64,000 bases of DNA from Mytilus edulis (taxonomy: Eukaryota), in assembly GCF_963676685.1 (NCBI RefSeq), contig NC_092352.1, positions 67,642,001 to 67,706,000 of the forward strand, read 5' to 3'. Position numbers and translations under genes: made by a program. How positions within the stretch are numbered: the first letter of the stretch is position 1; every line of letters begins with the position of its first letter. Positions 27,470 to 39,719 of this stretch are shown piece after piece. The notes beneath the pieces were generated by a model. It worked only from the letters and a program-made list of their open reading frames with translations. It searched no databases and had not been told where the DNA came from.

Positions 27470-27674
27470 GTAAGTATTTCTATAAACCAACAGATCAAAT
27501 TTGTTTACATCATATGTATCATATACATGCAGATGAGAAGATTTGGGACACATGTTAATTAGACAGAAATAAACGTTTTCGGTCACGGTACACGTTAGTA
27601 AGACTGAAACGTAAAGACACTCTTAACAAAATGATAGGTAGATATCGCTTTACGGTTTTAAACAATAAACAATA

Positions 27675-27840
27675 AAAATGAGAATGGAAATGAGGAAAGG
27701 GTCAAAGCGACAGCAACCCGACCAAAAATAAAAACCAAGCCCGAGTGAAAATAGATGAAGGCCACCAATGGGTCTTAAACACGGCGAGAAAATCCCGCAC
27801 ACGGAGGCGTGCCTCAGCTGGCCCCTAAACAAAAATGTTT
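27675..27840 (+). repeat. Dispersed repeat (aaaatgagaatggaaatg...caacccgacc)
   Basis: Shorter copies at ~24680-24730 and ~26400-26450. Confidence 0.7.
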
Positions 27841-28300
27841 CTTTACATACTCTTGAAGAATCAATCAATTAAGTCTAACAGTAGATATGTAGTGAATAGA
27901 TTATAAAAAAAGCAATTGTTATACCACACATGAAAACTATATAGGAAAGCATAGAGCCACATGACATTTTCTGTACACAAAAGTACTTTCTGTTACTGAA
28001 AGGACACATTCCAAATTAATCGTTGAGACATAAATCATCTTGACGACTTTTATTAACGAAGGAAGAAATAAAACTTAGTAAATATTTTAATTTGATTTGC
28101 ATATTACATGTAGATTTAAATCGATAGAGATAATTTGTATGTAGAATCCAATATTTTGCCAAAAAAAAAAGGCAAATAAGGATAAACATGTTCTCTCTTC
28201 ATGCAGAAAACGTATAGAGTATAAGGTATGAAACAGACACATTTAACGAAATCTATCGGTGAATACACTTATACTAGTTTTTCATTTCTTTTATTGTCAG

Positions 28301-28429
28301 CCTGATACGTGTTACATGTATGAAATTTCATGCAACAAAGCAACTTGTCCAGCTGTGTATGAAAACAAAACAGTTCACTTCCCGAATGACGTAAAGATGT
28401 GTAATCGTACAGATACAGGATTTTGTTTC
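28301..28429 (+). CDS. Mucin-Ly6 gene exon 4: N-half of LU domain (PDTCYMYEISCNKATCP...KMCNRTDTGFCF)
   Basis: gtcag| acceptor, |gtaagt donor, 129 nt, phase 0 to 0; 5 Cys. Confidence 0.9.
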
Positions 28430-29928
28430 GTAAGTTGCTATACTCTATGTGAATTGGTTGTTTTTGAAGGAAATCTAGACACATCACATCGTCAAATAAA
28501 ACAACATATATTGAGCCAAATCTGTTTTACATCCCTTTTTAATCAACATAAGTATGAATACTCATATTATTCACGACCGTGAGAGGGCTGTATAGCCAGT
28601 CAAGGTCGTTAAAAACTCCCATTGTCAGCTTGATACAAACAGTTGACGGTTGGCATTATTTTTTCACACGAGACTTTTTCGACCTAGCCTTTTTAATGTA
28701 TTGTATCAACAAATAAATTTGTCGCGTGCATAACATTGGATATTATTTACCCGGAGAAGCCTTTTCTGTTTTTCTATTTTGTATCTTCGTTTATATTACC
28801 TCATTTTTTACGGTTTTGAAGTCCAACATATTGAAAATTATTTGCTGATCTGCGCATTTGATATAAGTATTTGTATAAGCAATATGGACAATGGGAACAA
28901 TGACACCTTAAAAATGAATTTAGTTTGAGTCTACTGTGAATATGTATTTTATAGATCATATACGGAAAAGCACACGAAGTATGAAATTTAAGCTTCAAAG
29001 GTATCTATGTAGTGTTCAACGCTGCCAAATCCCTTCTTTCCTTTTTCTTCAAATTGCACGTCGCGTTTTTCGTGGTTAAAATCAATTTTGAACATTTTCT
29101 TCCGAAAAAAACGTTTCAAATAATACTAATCTATTATGAAATAATGTCTGTTGTGTTTATCCAAGATTCCAGTGGGTATTTTCCTTTCTAGTCTATATGT
29201 TTTATCCCATTCAATGGAACAATTGCATTATTACCTTTTATCACATTCTACTCTGCAACAAGTACCTGATTGTGTTCAAATCAATACATTTTAAAATAGT
29301 CGATAATGTAATCCAGCTCTTTACATTTTATTAAAACTGAATGTTCAAATAATAAATACATTTTGTATTTATTCAAAAGTCAATTAAATTCCTGCATTTT
29401 CTTAAGACCATTTTCTGTAAGTTTATTGTTTATAAAATGTTTTATCGCTTTTTTACGAAATTTTCCTTTGATCTTCGTGACTTATAATTTCCTTTATCAA
29501 CACAGTAGAGGGATATGAAAAATTATCGCTAGAAACTATCGCCCGTTGTCTATGAAATTAACAACCGTCGTCATATGTAAAATAGAGATAAACAGATTAT
29601 CGTTGATCATCTCAATTTGATTGATTTTCTCACTTTCGCCGTCCCGTCTCGTTATAATGATCAACGATAATCTATAAAGATCAGTTGGAACGATAAGTTT
29701 TTCGACCGCCGCAGAAACATATGATTCCCCCGTGTAATATCTCTCTACCCCTATAAGTATTGAAGGTCTTGAAAGTTGAAACCATTTTGGCACTCATGTT
29801 GGGATTTTTTTATGCTCATCAACTTAGTGACTTGTCCTTCCGACTGTGATCAAAAGCCACTAGTGTTCCTGTAAAAATATTTCTTTTGCAATGTTTAGTA
29901 CAACATATTTTTTTTTATTTTCTTCCAG

Positions 29929-30150
29929 GTTAATAAGATAGTCGACTCGAAAAATCAAAGCATTGCAAACTATACCATGGGATGTAATACAAACTGCAAC
30001 TATAAAAAAGATATTACTGGTTGTTGTAATAGCAATTTGTGCAACGGGGATCTATCTCTGCTCAATAGTGGGCAATATGTGAAATACAATTTTCTGATGT
30101 CTGTGCTTTGTATAGCTATTAGTCTTTTCAGATTGGACATATACTTTTGA
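29929..30150 (+). CDS. Mucin-Ly6 gene exon 5: C-half of LU domain (...MGCNTNCNYKKDITGCCNSNLCN) plus GPI signal (NSG...FLMSVLCIAISLFRLDIYF*)
   Basis: ttccag| acceptor; diagnostic CCxxxxCN motif; hydrophobic C-terminal tail; TGA ends at 30150. Not present in the ORF track. Confidence 0.9.
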   Translation, partial: VNKIVDSKNQSIANYTMGCNTNCNYKKDITGCCNSNLCNGDLSLLNSGQYVKYNFLMSVLCIAISLFRLDIYF

Positions 30151-31524
30151 AAAGTTCACTGTGTATGTTCATACTATTAATGCAGATTCAGACAGGTGAT
30201 AACCATCCAATAGAAACTTTAAATTAAAAAAAAAATCTCTTCATCTAAAAAAAAATCACCTTTTTGTTCAATTTACTAGTACTGCACATTTAGCTATCAA
30301 AGAGTTAAAAGGGTATATTCAAAGATTACGGCAAGCAGTAAATGTTAACTCGTGTGACTTGTTTCGTACACATTTATTTCATTAACACTACTTATAAGAT
30401 CATAGTTGAAATTAATATCAAACTTCTTCCTATATGATAACGGCGGTTAAACCAGCAGTGGTATATTGATTTGAATAAAATCCCATTTCAGCCCAGTGGT
30501 TCTATTGCCATTGTGTTAGGCATAAAATGCTGTAAGTAAAACTTGTAATTATGCAGAACCAGGCAAAGTAAATCTGTAAATGACGTCTTGATTAAGATTG
30601 ATACAATGAACTTTACCAAAGATTTAATGTCTAATGTTAAATCTCAGATGTGATACTATTAAAAATTCATTTTGTTCTTACAACCCCCCCCCCCCCCCCC
30701 CCCCATTTCGCACGAAAACAAAGTAGCTGTTATTTTTCATCCTTTGAAAGAGTTCCTTTCTCATATCAAAAGACGCTTTAGTATACTGGTAGATAATGAT
30801 ACATCATGTATCTGTTTTTCTAATCCTTATGTACCTCAATTATTTTAATACGTACCAAAAAAATAGCTTTACATTTTTAAGAGAGAGTCGTAAAAAATAC
30901 TGACATGCAAATAAGGCCAAGCTCCATATTATTTAACCTTATTTAAAGGTTAAGTTTTGAATTCATGGTGTTGTAATCTATATCTTTTGTGTTAGTCACT
31001 TTAAATTATATATTCATAACTAATCAGTAATTTTGGCATTTTAAATTTTGCTTTATGATCAGTAGTATGTGAACTTCGACTAAAGCTAACATAGCTAAAT
31101 TATAGTTTGAGTGTGTAGATAGTATTTGTGCGTATATTCAGTGAAATTTCCATATTCGGTTGAACCAGTATCGTAAAATATTTCTGCAAGCACTTTAATG
31201 TTTGTATCTTTTCAATAACTGCTTGTGCAAGTTAAAAAAAGAAATCCATGAATATGACTTCTGTCCTTTTAGGTTGTGTTTTTATATTGTAATCGAAGCT
31301 GAACGACATTATTTTGCCTGTTCACATTTTTGCAATTAGTGTTCTTAATGATCATATCTAGAAACACCTTTTAATGAACAGACAACAATGAAGGCAGTTG
31401 AAGCTGTTAGCCTAAACATATCTAAACACAGACAGTGATGGGGATGTTGATGGTGGATGTTTGTTCATCGTCCAGTGGCAAATTGATTGCCTATTCAGGA
31501 CAATAACATGTATATGCGATGTAA

Positions 31525-32024
31525 GGGCATACGATACAATTTTGATCCCCCATTTAAAGTTTGATAAAAATTTCCATATTGGCTATTTTTGCCTGATTAA
31601 ATGAAATATGTAATAAAAAACATACTTTCATGTGCTACTTTTTGAGTTAAATGAGGTCGAAATTTTGTATATTTGCTCAAAATTCGGATTTTTGTTTTAA
31701 ACGATAAACACAAATTGTTTTTTGTTAAATAATTTGTAATTTCTGTATTTTATAAGTATTCTAAAAATTAATGCATTTTTTATTCAGAAATAACTCATAT
31801 TTATCAAATGGTGACGAATTGAGAAAAGACGTCATTTTTTATGCTGTGTATTTATCAAAATTTAAAAAAAAATGCACTTTTTAAAATTTGGTTCATATAA
31901 ATCAGTTTGATTGATAAAAATCAGTTGAAAAAATATTTTTCCGATATGTCACAGTTTGACGTCGTAAAAATAACATTTTACGTTAGCAACGTCATTTCCT
32001 CCCCTGTGTCTGTATCGTATGCCC
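31525..32024. mobile_element. ~500 bp MITE
   Basis: TIRs gggcatacgataca / tgtatcgtatgccc with taa-like flanks. Confidence 0.75.
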
Positions 32025-32028
32025 TAAA

Positions 32029-32240
32029 GGAGATAGACTACGGTAAAGGGAAGTAACTTCTTAAATCAATAATACGTTTGTGTCAACCATTTTCATTAAT
32101 ATATTCTCAAGCTTCAAGATTAAATAGATTATATACAATCTGTTTCAAGTAAATGCTTTAAAATACATTGATGAAACTTGACTTTACAAACTCATCATTG
32201 ATTTAAAGAGTTACCTCCCTGAACTAAGGACTACTTCAAT
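32029..32240 (-). mobile_element. ~210 bp MITE, older copy of the 40607-40815 family
   Basis: Reverse-complement similarity along its length to 40607-40815. Confidence 0.7.
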
Positions 32241-32881
32241 AAAAATTCTGCATTCAACTAAATCGGAAAACTTATTTGACCTTTACTCTAAAAGGGAAAT
32301 GACTTTAAATGTGAAACCTCCTATTTCATATATACAATATATTTTGATTGATGCATTAATTTTTATAGATTCTGTTGATTGCGTGATTGTAGTTTTAACA
32401 TAAGTGTCGACTTTTTTTTTTTTTATCAATAACACATTCATTTAGATTTTAATAATACATTTGATGTAAAGTAATTAAACAAGGTAGTATTTGTGTCAGT
32501 TTCTTTTCTCACATATACCAGCATGACTTGAACGTGTGAGAAAGGTCAAGTCGTAACAACTACTAGGGGTTGTTTAACGACTTTGAGTACCCATGACGGT
32601 CGGATGTCTTAACAGATTCATAAGAATATATGATAAGTCTATACATGTAAATGAAAAGTATACTAACATTTTAACATGACAATGTTTTTTCGAAAGCATT
32701 GGAAAAAAAACCCAGAAAACACAAATATATACTATAAAACTGATATATAATTCTTCCAAAGTAAAGGATGACATTTTAAATGTCAAACAAGAATATAGAA
32801 ATTGATACATACAAATCAATAGACTGACTGACAAGAACACAACCGAAATAGTTATCAAAGGTACCAGGATTTTAATTTAGT

Positions 32882-32925
32882 ACGCCAGACGCGCGTTTCA
32901 TCTACATAAGACTCATCAGTGACGC
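32882..32925 (-). ncRNA. Minimal type I hammerhead ribozyme with intact core, in a retrozyme fragment (~32845-33085)
   Basis: Minus strand GCGUCA CUGAUGA GUCU-uaugu-AGAU GAA ACGCGCGU C UGGCGU; stems I and II pair, stem III is palindromic. Confidence 0.82.
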
Positions 32926-33199
32926 TCATATCAAAATATTTATAAAGCCAAACTAGTACAAAGTTGAAGAGCATTGAAGATCAAAATTTCCAAAAAGTTG
33001 TGCCAAATACGGCTAAGGTAATCTATGCATGGGATAAGAAAATCCTTAGTTTTTAGAAAAATTCAAAGTTTTGTAAACAGGAAAACCAGATATTAACCTA
33101 TGATGCTCATAAAATGGTAAAACAATAGTTCGTGTTTGATCATTGACACCAGTTACTTACTATTTCAACACCTTGAGTCAAAGACTGTAAATAGATTTG

Positions 33200-33680
33200 G
33201 GTATTGCTTTTATGTCCATGTTGATTGTATCGCCCTTCAAGGTATTCGGTTCTTATACATCCCTGAATTCCATATATAGTGTGTTGAGCGTTCCTGATAA
33301 AGATAAATCCTGGAAAGAGTTTCGGACGATATAATTATAAAGTATTGTTATCATTTTGTTACAGAACCGGGTCGATACTGTTGCTGGTGAACTATCAGTC
33401 CCCGAGGGTATCGTCAGTATGGTAGTCCGTACTGTTTTACTGACAATACTCATTACCCACCTGTCTTAAAGAGACTGTTCATAAATTTTGATTATTAGCT
33501 AAGATTTGAACTCCCTCAGGGAAATGTGATTCTCATATGGATTTGGTTATTTTTATGTTCCTTTTGATCTTATATATTTTCAAGTTTTTCCGTGGCTTTC
33601 GTTTATTTATCATGTAACTTTCTTGATGAATGTAAATCCAGAAAAGGATTTCAGACACATTAAAATAAAGTTTTATTTTC
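33200..33680 (+). mobile_element. Decayed retrozyme-related units
   Basis: 33360-33450 resembles the retrozyme unit start (gggtcgat..gctggtg..cccgagggtatc); degenerate hammerhead-like motifs at ~33290 and ~33622. Confidence 0.5.
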
Positions 33681-35669
33681 ATTACTAGTATCAAACGTAT
33701 ATACATTCATAAACTATCGGTTTATATAAGATGATATGCTATCTAACTAAGGAACAAGATTTAATGTGAAATAGTTTATAACTGTAGATTTTGAAAAAGA
33801 TACTACAGAGGTATTGAATAGCTAAAAAAAAAAACAACTTAAAGAGAGTTTGTTTATGTGGAAATGACTATGAAGTCAGGAATATGACAGCCGTTTTTTC
33901 CATTCTATTGATGTGTTTGAGCTTTTGCAATTTGTTAAAAAGGAAAATAAAAAAAATACTGAACTTCGAAGAAAATTCAAAAAGGAAAGTCTTTAATCAA
34001 ATGGCACACTCAAAAGCTTAAACACATTAAACGAATGGATAACAACTGTCATATTCCGCACTTGGTACAGGCATTTTTCTATGTAGAAAGTACTCGATAA
34101 AACCTGGTTTTATAGCTAGCTAAACCTCACGTGTATGACAATCGCATACAATACCATTATATTGACAACGATGTATGAACTGTCCATTTTGTATTTTCCT
34201 TGGAGTTTGGTACTTTTGTTGTTTTAATTTTTTAAAATACTAATCAGCAGTAGTCCAACCTATATTCGATATTGTTTAACAAGTTCATGATCATAGAATA
34301 CTGTAATGATTTCCTCATGAAACATTTTTGCAAACATTTGAACCATCCTATATTAGAGACAGACGTAGCTGGTCAGCAGAATTAGACATAGCCCAGCATG
34401 CCATAAAAGCTCCATCAAAATGAATAAAAAATATTGCAAAGACAATTTTGACAAAAAGTATATCTTGTACTTTTATTTATAAAAATAATCAAACAAATAC
34501 AATCACAAAAATTTAACAAAGACAAATGATACATTAAACGATTGGAGGAAATAGAACAAACCTACAAGAAGTCAAAGCTGTAACAACGGTGTGTTGTCGT
34601 CAAATTAATCATTTTAAAGATACTAACACTTTCGGGTTTATGATTGTTTTTTTCATTTGCAGAGAACTGATATAGACTAGTAAATATACATAAACCTGGC
34701 TAAGCCTGATCCATGGACCGTTTATTTTATCACACATTTTTTGCCATTGATATTTGGAATTTTAGTTCGTCCGTAAAAATCATTCAACACAACATACATT
34801 TAGCACTATAGTCGACTGAATAAAAACTTATTAGATCAGTATATGCAGCATATGTACAGTTATATATATTATTTCTGTACATTATCTGCGTAGAATTGTT
34901 TGTCCAATCCAGCTGGAGCATTTAAAATTTTTAATAGAAAATTAGAATACATATATTCGAGTGACCAGCACTTGAATTCATACATATAAATGCCTTACAG
35001 TGCAGTTCTTTTTAGAGTCTAAGAATGTGTTATCTAAGCTTAAATTTTATTGCATAATTATTACATTTAGCTATCATTTAATTAAAGACACTGTCAGAGT
35101 ATTTTAACTTTAGAAGTCAAGATTCTCTTTTTATTTGTGATTTATTATGATCCAAATAGTTTCGATTCTTATCAAATTAATTTTGTTTTTATAAATAAGA
35201 CAAATAAAACTAATTTGACAGTATGGTTTCAGCTGATACACTGACGTGCGAAATGTAAAATAAACACGACTTTTTTGTCCCGGCCACCCAACTTTTTGGG
35301 TGATTTATTTTTACATTTCAAATTGCTATTCGGCAGTCTTTGAATAAATAAACCCAAAGAGTAAGGTACATAAATGATAAAATCAATGTACATGAAAATA
35401 TGAAAATGTGTTTTGAGGGTGTATGGTATACATCGTTTGTCAAAACCGTTAGATACTATTAAATATGGGACTAAAGAAATTGAATTTAATATTTGAAGAG
35501 AACGTGTTATATCAAAAATACCTTTGATTATACACTAGCATCCTATATTATTTCCTTTCCACATAAGTATATATGAGACAGATTTGTTTTACATTAAATT
35601 GATGCATTGTTTTTTTTGCAAATAACTGATTATGCACTTCACTGTTTTCTCTAAAAACAGAACCTTGTC

Positions 35670-35952
35670 CTAAACCTCGGTCGTTTCAAGGCTAAGTTCA
35701 AGGCCATCGTTGTCGAATGAATGTGTGAACTCATCAGTGTGAAGATGACCATTGTGCATGTCTCTTGGAACCAAACTTTCACGACTAGCAGCCTTTTCCT
35801 TCTTGTACTGCTCAAGAACCATTGCCAAAGACTCATTATCCCCCTGCTGTACATCCCTCTCATCATCATACATGTCCATAGTAGCACCTTTCTCTTCATC
35901 TCCACGAATAGGTTCTTTCTTTGTAAACTGATTTGAATCGAATGATGCAACA
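35670..35952 (-). CDS. Cadherin last exon (SVASFDSNQF...FDNDGLELSLETTEV*), class I PDZ-binding C-terminus
   Basis: ttctag| acceptor, phase 2, in frame with upstream exons; stop at 35672-35670. Confidence 0.9.
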
Positions 35953-36094
35953 CTAGAATAATACACAACGGACACCATTAGAGTATAACAACATATACAT
36001 GCATATACATAATAAGTTGATATGTAAGAGACTTTAATTGTGTGGTACTTTTATTGTGACTGTTCTATCGTAGTGTCGAGCACATTAATCTAAA

Positions 36095-36695
36095 ATTCAA
36101 AGCGCCTGCATATAGAGTATATATATATCCGCCTTGATATTCAGGACTTGTATTTCCTATTATGATTTCTTTGATAGAAGATTGCTGCTCACAAGAAAGC
36201 TACTTAACCATGGGTTCCAAGTGGTGAAGTTGAAATAATCCCTTCGTAGATTTTAGGGACGCCATGACGAGTTGGCTGAGCGTTTTCAGTTTATTTTCGA
36301 CTTGTGAGTTTGAATGTCCGTTTGGTTTTCTTCGCCTCTCCTGAATGGGAATATCTGTTTCACAGATTACGACGAATATGTTCCAATTATCGTAATTACA
36401 ATTCTGTCCTTTTTTTTTCGAATGGGAACTACCGTATCACACTTATAATCGGGTCTGGACTAATGAAGAACACGACTGGTGCTACAAGTGGATCAGGATA
36501 CGCTTACCCTTCCACAGCACCCGGGGTCACTCAAAGAATTTGTTAGGGTCGTGTTGCATTTTTTTTCATAGTTTTTATGATGTGCTTTATGAACTGTTGT
36601 TTTTCTGTTTGTCTTTTTTCTCATAAGTCATTGCGTTGTCAGTTTATTAACGACTTATGAGTTTGAATGTCCCTTTGGCATCTTTCACCTTTCTC
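36095..36695 (+). mobile_element. Decayed Penelope-like element 3' portion
   Basis: Homologous to 63636-64000 (APAY..YI..DR.LLLTRKLLN.. remnants plus 3' UTR). Confidence 0.75.
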
Positions 36696-36749
36696 TAATA
36701 AGAGAAACATTACAAACAATGTTTTTTTATATTTTCAAAATGATCATAC

Positions 36750-36821
36750 CTTGCATCATCAGCAAAGCGATCGTAGTCAATATTGGTAAAGTCTGCATCT
36801 TTATTAAGTAACGGATTTTGG
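36750..36821 (-). CDS. Cadherin cytoplasmic exon (NQNPLLNKDADFTNIDYDRFADDA)
   Basis: ttacag| and |gtatga, phase 2 to 2. Confidence 0.88.
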
Positions 36822-37405
36822 CTGTAAATAAAAAAGTAGACTTTTGCATACATATTTATATTTCAATTCAATGTTATGACAATTGGTTTCTGATATATAA
36901 CCTAAAAAACAGAAATTATAAATATTCTATATGAGAAACAACATAGGGTATAATAAACACTCCAATGCAATTTAAATTGCAGTTAAATTCGTTGATGTTG
37001 CTATTCATTGGACACATATTCTTTTTCTATGTTTTCGTAAGAATTAATGTTAGTTCAAATTAGAATAAGTAAAGAGACAGCACAATCATGCTATTTTGTT
37101 ACACTATTTGAAATCTAACCACAAAGCCAGAAGTTTTTATAATATAGGGTGCAGATCAGATTCATATGTCTTAAAATCCTGCATTGTGGTATAATTTTAT
37201 GCCTAGTCACCCTGCATTGTGGATAATTAATATGAAATAACAATAAATATTGTCATTGCATTTACAAATGGTCGATGGTGTGTTACACGAAATCAACATA
37301 AAGTGATCTAAGATCTTGTCTAAAAGCCCCGAAGTGCAAGCACTTAACACCAGCAGTCATAAGCCTAAACATCAATAAAACCCTTATATTTAGATGACTA
37401 CGTAC

Positions 37406-37460
37406 TTTCTAGCATACACATTCGTTCCTGGGTGAGTCTCTTTATCACCTTTGTCCTGAT
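37406..37460 (-). CDS. Cadherin cytoplasmic exon (DQDKGDKETHPGTNVYAR)
   Basis: tttcag| and |gtacgt, phase 1 to 2; PGTN motif. Confidence 0.88.
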
Positions 37461-37662
37461 CTGAAAAAGTATCAATGCCTTAATTGAAATTTGTGTAACA
37501 AATGTAGTGCATACTTGTATTACAAACCGGTACATAAGAACTCTGTGACCAATTTCTATACTAACAAAAAACCTGAAACAGATTACTCGCGAGAAAAGTC
37601 TTGAATGGAAAAATATAATAAAATGATCTGAAATGTAAAATCACATTAATTTATTTGTTGTT

Positions 37663-38111
37663 CAGCCCCTGGATGGTGTAAACTTCCAAACAAAAACGTG
37701 CATGGTGTCATGGTGTATGGTGCAATGGTGTAAGGTGTATGGTGCTATGGTGTATGGTGTAAGGGGAATGGCGTAATGGTATTTGAGGAATGGTGTGATT
37801 GTGTAACGTGCGATCGGGAATGGTGTACGACATTTCTTTGGTTGAAAACGAAGTTCTTTTTTATTAATTGTTTTCGAATTGCAAACATAAACAATAATCA
37901 TTATCTTAATATTTAAAATGTAATTGCATTATGGGTAATTTCGGATCATGTAGATAGAATGGGGAATGGTGTACGGTGTAATATGTAAGGTGTATGGTGC
38001 AAAGATGTAACGTGAATGGTGTAATGGTACAAGGTGTAAGGTGTAATGGTATATGGTGTATGGTGTAATGGTGTATGGTGTTAGTGGGAAGTTTACACCA
38101 TCCAAGGACTG
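37663..38111. mobile_element. Tc1/mariner-like MITE carrying (ATGGTGT)n-like arrays
   Basis: 25-bp TIRs cagcccctggatggtgtaaacttcc / ggaagtttacaccatccaaggactg (23/25), TA at right flank. Confidence 0.8.
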
Positions 38112-38304
38112 TATAAGGCAACAGTAGTATACCACTGTTCAAAGGTTATAAATTGATAGAAAAAACAAACGCCAACATATGTAGAAACGGACTATTTGAT
38201 AACTGCCATTTTCATGACTTGGTAAAGGAATTTTTCAGAAAAATGGTGGGTTGTATAATATATATTGTTGAAAGACCTTATATTATTTACATTTTTGTAC
38301 TTAC

Positions 38305-38348
38305 CTACTGTTGACTTAGTTGTAGCTGCTTTCAGTTTTCGTTGGTAT
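38305..38348 (-). CDS. Cadherin juxtamembrane exon (RYQRKLKAATTKSTV)
   Basis: ttttag| and |gtaagt, phase 2 to 1. Confidence 0.9.
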
Positions 38349-38502
38349 CTAAAATGACGTAAATAGTAAAATTATATGATTTTTTTTATTATAACACAAC
38401 AAGGATATGATGTTTTTAAAGAAATTCATATCATTTATTCTTCATGACAAAAGCCAATCAAATGGAAATGAACATAAAGTTATTAGAAATCAAGTTACAC
38501 AA

Positions 38503-38546
38503 GCATCACTGAAGAGACATGTATTGTCGAAATGCGCATCTGGTGC
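38503..38546 (+). ncRNA. Minimal type I hammerhead ribozyme, second family, intact core
   Basis: GCAUCA CUGAAGA GACA-uguau-UGUC GAA AUGCGCAU C UGGUGC: CUGANGA core, 4-bp stem II, palindromic stem III, AUC triplet, 6-bp stem I. Confidence 0.82.
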
Positions 38547-39032
38547 AAGAAAATTGGTACCGTTAATTTTGTTACATAGAAAGTAAATTTTCAAATTAAA
38601 CTGTTGGTCAAAATGAGTTTTACGTTATATCTATATTGTAAACTGTAAAAAGTATAACTGAACGAGTAATTCAAGCTTTTGGGTACAATATCTTTCAATT
38701 ATGTAAAATATAGTGCAAGGGAAAACATACTATGAAATAAATCATAATAAAAATTAATACAAATCACAACATTTTCTCTCATTCCAAAAACATTAAAAAT
38801 ATTCCTTTGAAACAAAATCCACTCGTATAAATTACATTTTTACATTGACAGTTTACTGTTTTCAAGAAATAAGATATGTGCCGCTTATTTTACAATGTTT
38901 TAGGACACACGTCTATTTAGATTTTAAACACAGTTCCAATAGTTCACAGTTTTACAATTAGTATTCTGTAACTTGCTTTTTCTTTTCAAAGTCTTACAAA
39001 ATGTACGAAGATAGGACATCTAACAACTGTAC

Positions 39033-39163
39033 CTTGTTGCACTACTACAAAAGAAGAAACCAATTAACAAGTTTGTAGCTCCAAGGAGTGCTATCACAGC
39101 GATCATAATGTATGTGGTCTTAATACCGCCTTCATCATCCTGGGATTGAGTTTCTGTATATGT
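39033..39163 (-). CDS. Cadherin transmembrane exon (TYTETQSQDDEGGIKTTYIMIAVIALLGATNLLIGFFFCSSAT)
   Basis: ctttag| and |gtacag, phase 0 to 2; hydrophobic helix of ~22 residues. Confidence 0.92.
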
Positions 39164-39719
39164 CTAAAGAAAAATAAATATGATTTTATTTTAACAAAGG
39201 AATTATTGAAGTTCCATATAAATATAAACAAAAGAAAATATGTATTTAGAAGAATAACCAGGCCTGTGTAATAAATAATTATGGTAAAAAACTTGGACAA
39301 ACATCATTAAGTGAATTAAAATTATTTCTTTAAGCGGGTAGAACGTGTTTTTTCCAGAAAATGTTGAGAAACGTCATTTAGATCACAATGCTGTCAGAAA
39401 ATTCAATTTAGAGACAACAATGTTCTTAATTGTACATCATTATGAGGGAACTTTGTCTCTCAATAGGTTTTAGATATAACTGAAGTGCACTAGTCAGTAT
39501 TAATCCGATTCATTGAACAGACAGACCCGAAAATAAAAAATAATCGGATGCACATTACGTATATATGGTTATATACGAAATAAAACATAATTGTAAGACA
39601 GAATGGACTTTGTAATCACTGTAAGTTGCATCTGCCTTTAAAATAATATTTACTAACAGCTAAACAGTTGTTACTGATATTGATTTTTTTTGGGGCATTA
39701 GTTTGAGTTTGTAAAGTAC

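Noticed and set aside
28540-29865. Possible Helitron-like insertion in the last Ly6 intron (ends ...ccactagtg)
   Set aside because: No second copy, clear terminal hairpin or TIR could be established by eye.
37662-38142. ORFs rich in H/Y/T/P
   Set aside because: Translations of the ATGGTGT microsatellite inside a MITE.
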